From Candidatus Eiseniibacteriota bacterium (GTDB taxonomy: Bacteria; Eisenbacteria; RBG-16-71-46), in NCBI GenBank assembly GCA_038231135.1, contig JBBRLX010000011.1, positions 32,001-96,000 on the forward strand: a stretch of 64,000 nucleotides of DNA. Reading direction: 5' to 3'. Under the pieces are notes generated by a model that saw nothing but the letters and a program-made list of their open reading frames with translations, had not been told where the DNA came from and did not search any database. Below, piece by piece: positions 62,118 to 64,000 of the stretch (the stretch's first letter is position 1; each line of letters starts with the position of its first letter). Made by a program: the position numbers and the translations under genes.

Positions 62118-62229
62118 CCGCGGCCGCTGCAACTTGCTGCTCACGCTCCCCCGCCCGCTACCCGTCCGTGCGCGCCCGACCGGTGCGACACGATGGCGAT
62201 TCCAGCCGTCCCCACCTCGCGAGGCGGTC

Positions 62230-62613
62230 ATGACTGCGCCGGTGCGCCGCTACGATTCCTCGCGGCGCGTGCGCACGTCCATCGAATATGCCCAGGTGAA
62301 GGCCGGCGCGTCGGCGTTCCGCGCGCCGCATTGCCTGCTGCTGGCGCTCGCGCAGGCCGGCCTGCCGACGCGGGTCGGATTCATCGCGAGCAAGAAGGGC
62401 GTGGGCGGCGCCGTACAGCGCAATCGCGCCCGTCGCCGGCTCCGCGAACTGGTCCGGGTGCGCTGGTCCAGGATCCCCGAGACCGGCTACTGGCTGGTGT
62501 TCATCGCCCATCGCAGCGCCGTGACCGCCCCTCACCAGGAACTCGCGAGCTCGGTCGAACGGGTGCTGGCCGCGGCCGGCGCGCTCGCCCCGGTCGGCGA
62601 GACCGCATGCTGA
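62230..62613 (+). CDS. rnpA: Ribonuclease P protein component
   Basis: [26 protein letters not shown]; synteny. Confidence 0.92.
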   Translation: MTAPVRRYDSSRRVRTSIEYAQVKAGASAFRAPHCLLLALAQAGLPTRVGFIASKKGVGGAVQRNRARRRLRELVRVRWSRIPETGYWLVFIAHRSAVTAPHQELASSVERVLAAAGALAPVGETAC

Positions 62614-62828
62614 AGCCCGCCGCCGTGCTGGCGCTCGCGCTGATTCGCGGGTACCGCGCCGTGTTCGGCGCCCAGGCGCGCGGCGCCTGCCGGTTTCATC
62701 CGACGTGTTCCGCGTACGCGCTCGAGGCGATCGAACGCCACGGCGCCGCACGCGGCCTGCTGCTCACCCTGCGCCGCCTCGCCCGCTGCCATCCGCTGGG
62801 CGCGAGCGGCTTCGACCCGGTGCCCTGA
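62607..62828 (+). CDS. yidD: Membrane protein insertion efficiency factor
   Basis: [15 protein letters not shown]...GFDPVP. Confidence 0.93.
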   Translation: MLKPAAVLALALIRGYRAVFGAQARGACRFHPTCSAYALEAIERHGAARGLLLTLRRLARCHPLGASGFDPVP

Positions 62829-64000
62829 TGGATAAGCTGGACCGCAAATCGATCGTGGCGATCGCCCTGTGCATCGCCTTCGTGGTGGGATATCAGCCGC
62901 TGCTGCGGCTGCTGGGCTACGGCCGCTATCTCGACCCGCCGAAGCGCGGGGCCGTCGTCGATACGACCCGCGGCGCGATCCCGCCTGCGCCGTCGCTGTC
63001 GCAGTCGGCCAGTCCTGTGGCGCCCGCCGCAGCGCCCGGCGATACCTCCGCGCGGGCTGCCGCGGGCCAGGCCGCGCCGCCCGCCACCGGCATCTTCCGC
63101 TCGGTCGCACCCGAGACCGAGCGCACGTTCGACCTCGATACGCCGTTATACCGGGCGCATTTCTCGAGCCGCGGGGCGCGGCTGTTGTCGGTCGAGTTCA
63201 AGCGCTACGCCTCGGCGCACGGAGTCTCGAGCCGCAACGGCAAGCCCGCCGTGTGGCACCGGGGCGAGGAGATCCCCTCCGGCGACCGCGTGACGCTCGC
63301 GGGCGGACCCTTGCTGGGCCTCGACCTGGGATCGGGGGCGGCCCGGCAGTCGCTCGAGAACGTGGTGTTCGCCTCGCAGGAGAGCACCGACGCTGCGGGC
63401 GTCGTGCGGGTGCTCACGTTCACGCACCGCGACGCCTCGGGGCTCTACGTGCGCCAGACGTTCCGCGCCGATCCCACGAAGTACGCGCTCGACTACGAGG
63501 TCGAGATGCGTGGCGTGCCCGCCGCGTGGCGGCTCACCGACTATTCGCTGACGATGCGCTCGTGGCCGCTGTTGTCCGAGGGCGACCCACTCAGCGACCT
63601 GCGGGCGCTGCGGGCGTCGACGCTGGTCGGCACCAACATCCATCGCGATCACGTCGGCGGTCTGCTCAAGAAGCCGAAGATCTATGACGGCAACGTGCAG
63701 TGGGCCGCGGTGCAGAGCCGATATTTCCTCGAGGCGGCGGCGGTCGTCCACGGCACCGCGCGGGGCGCGGCGTCGACCGCCGTCCGGCGGCCGCTCAGTG
63801 CGGACGAACTGGCGTCGTTGCCGGCGAACGCCCCGACCTCGCAGGACATCGCGGTGAACGATCTGGTCCTGGGGCTGCCGGGCGAGACGCAGCCGGTGAA
63901 CCGGTTCGTGCTGTACGTGGGGCCCTGCGAGTTCTTCCCGCTGGCATCGCTCAAGGTGGGTCTCGAGCGCGCCGTCGACCTGGGCTGGACGTGGCTGCTG
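62828..64000 (+). CDS. yidC: Membrane protein insertase YidC, N-terminal part (runs off the window)
   Basis: ATG overlaps the yidD stop; [39 protein letters not shown]; rpmH-rnpA-yidD-yidC synteny. Confidence 0.9.
   Translation, partial: MDKLDRKSIVAIALCIAFVVGYQPLLRLLGYGRYLDPPKRGAVVDTTRGAIPPAPSLSQSASPVAPAAAPGDTSARAAAGQAAPPATGIFRSVAPETERTFDLDTPLYRAHFSSRGARLLSVEFKRYASAHGVSSRNGKPAVWHRGEEIPSGDRVTLAGGPLLGLDLGSGAARQSLENVVFASQESTDAAGVVRVLTFTHRDASGLYVRQTFRADPTKYALDYEVEMRGVPAAWRLTDYSLTMRSWPLLSEGDPLSDLRALRASTLVGTNIHRDHVGGLLKKPKIYDGNVQWAAVQSRYFLEAAAVVHGTARGAASTAVRRPLSADELASLPANAPTSQDIAVNDLVLGLPGETQPVNRFVLYVGPCEFFPLASLKVGLERAVDLGWTWLL

Overview
A very GC-rich bacterial chromosomal segment, mostly core metabolism, with no rRNA, tRNA, CRISPR or mobile element that I can support. 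C-terminal tails on secreted proteins suggest an FCB-associated candidate lineage such as Ca. Eisenbacteria, but this is inference. Left to right: the end of an AIR-synthase-like gene; a micro-protein / CHASE-like / NHL-repeat operon; a polyphosphate-type cluster (ppx-PLD converging on sixA-tmkL-tmkL-CHAD); an ArgR-controlled argRCBDG-argH(A)-argF operon; a secreted Asp-box protein and a CPBP protease; a 4845-aa protein with about 28 DUF11 repeats and a predicted beta-barrel, coupled to an OmpA-family gene; a complete his operon with a HisD-HisC fusion and an unannotated, apparently leaderless His-rich attenuator; a transglycosylase, an epimerase and queECD; a GT-C / esterase / ABC / receiver operon; a histidine kinase; an ECF sigma/anti-sigma pair; and rpmH-rnpA-yidD-yidC. 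The best novelty candidates are the tandem thymidylate-kinase-like pair in the polyP cluster, the giant DUF11-barrel/OmpA surface system with a possible catalytic tip, the leaderless his attenuator, and the TWGxxK C-terminal motif. Products were assigned by motif recognition only, without database searches. Many starts were moved from the ORF track using stop/start overlaps and RBS motifs.
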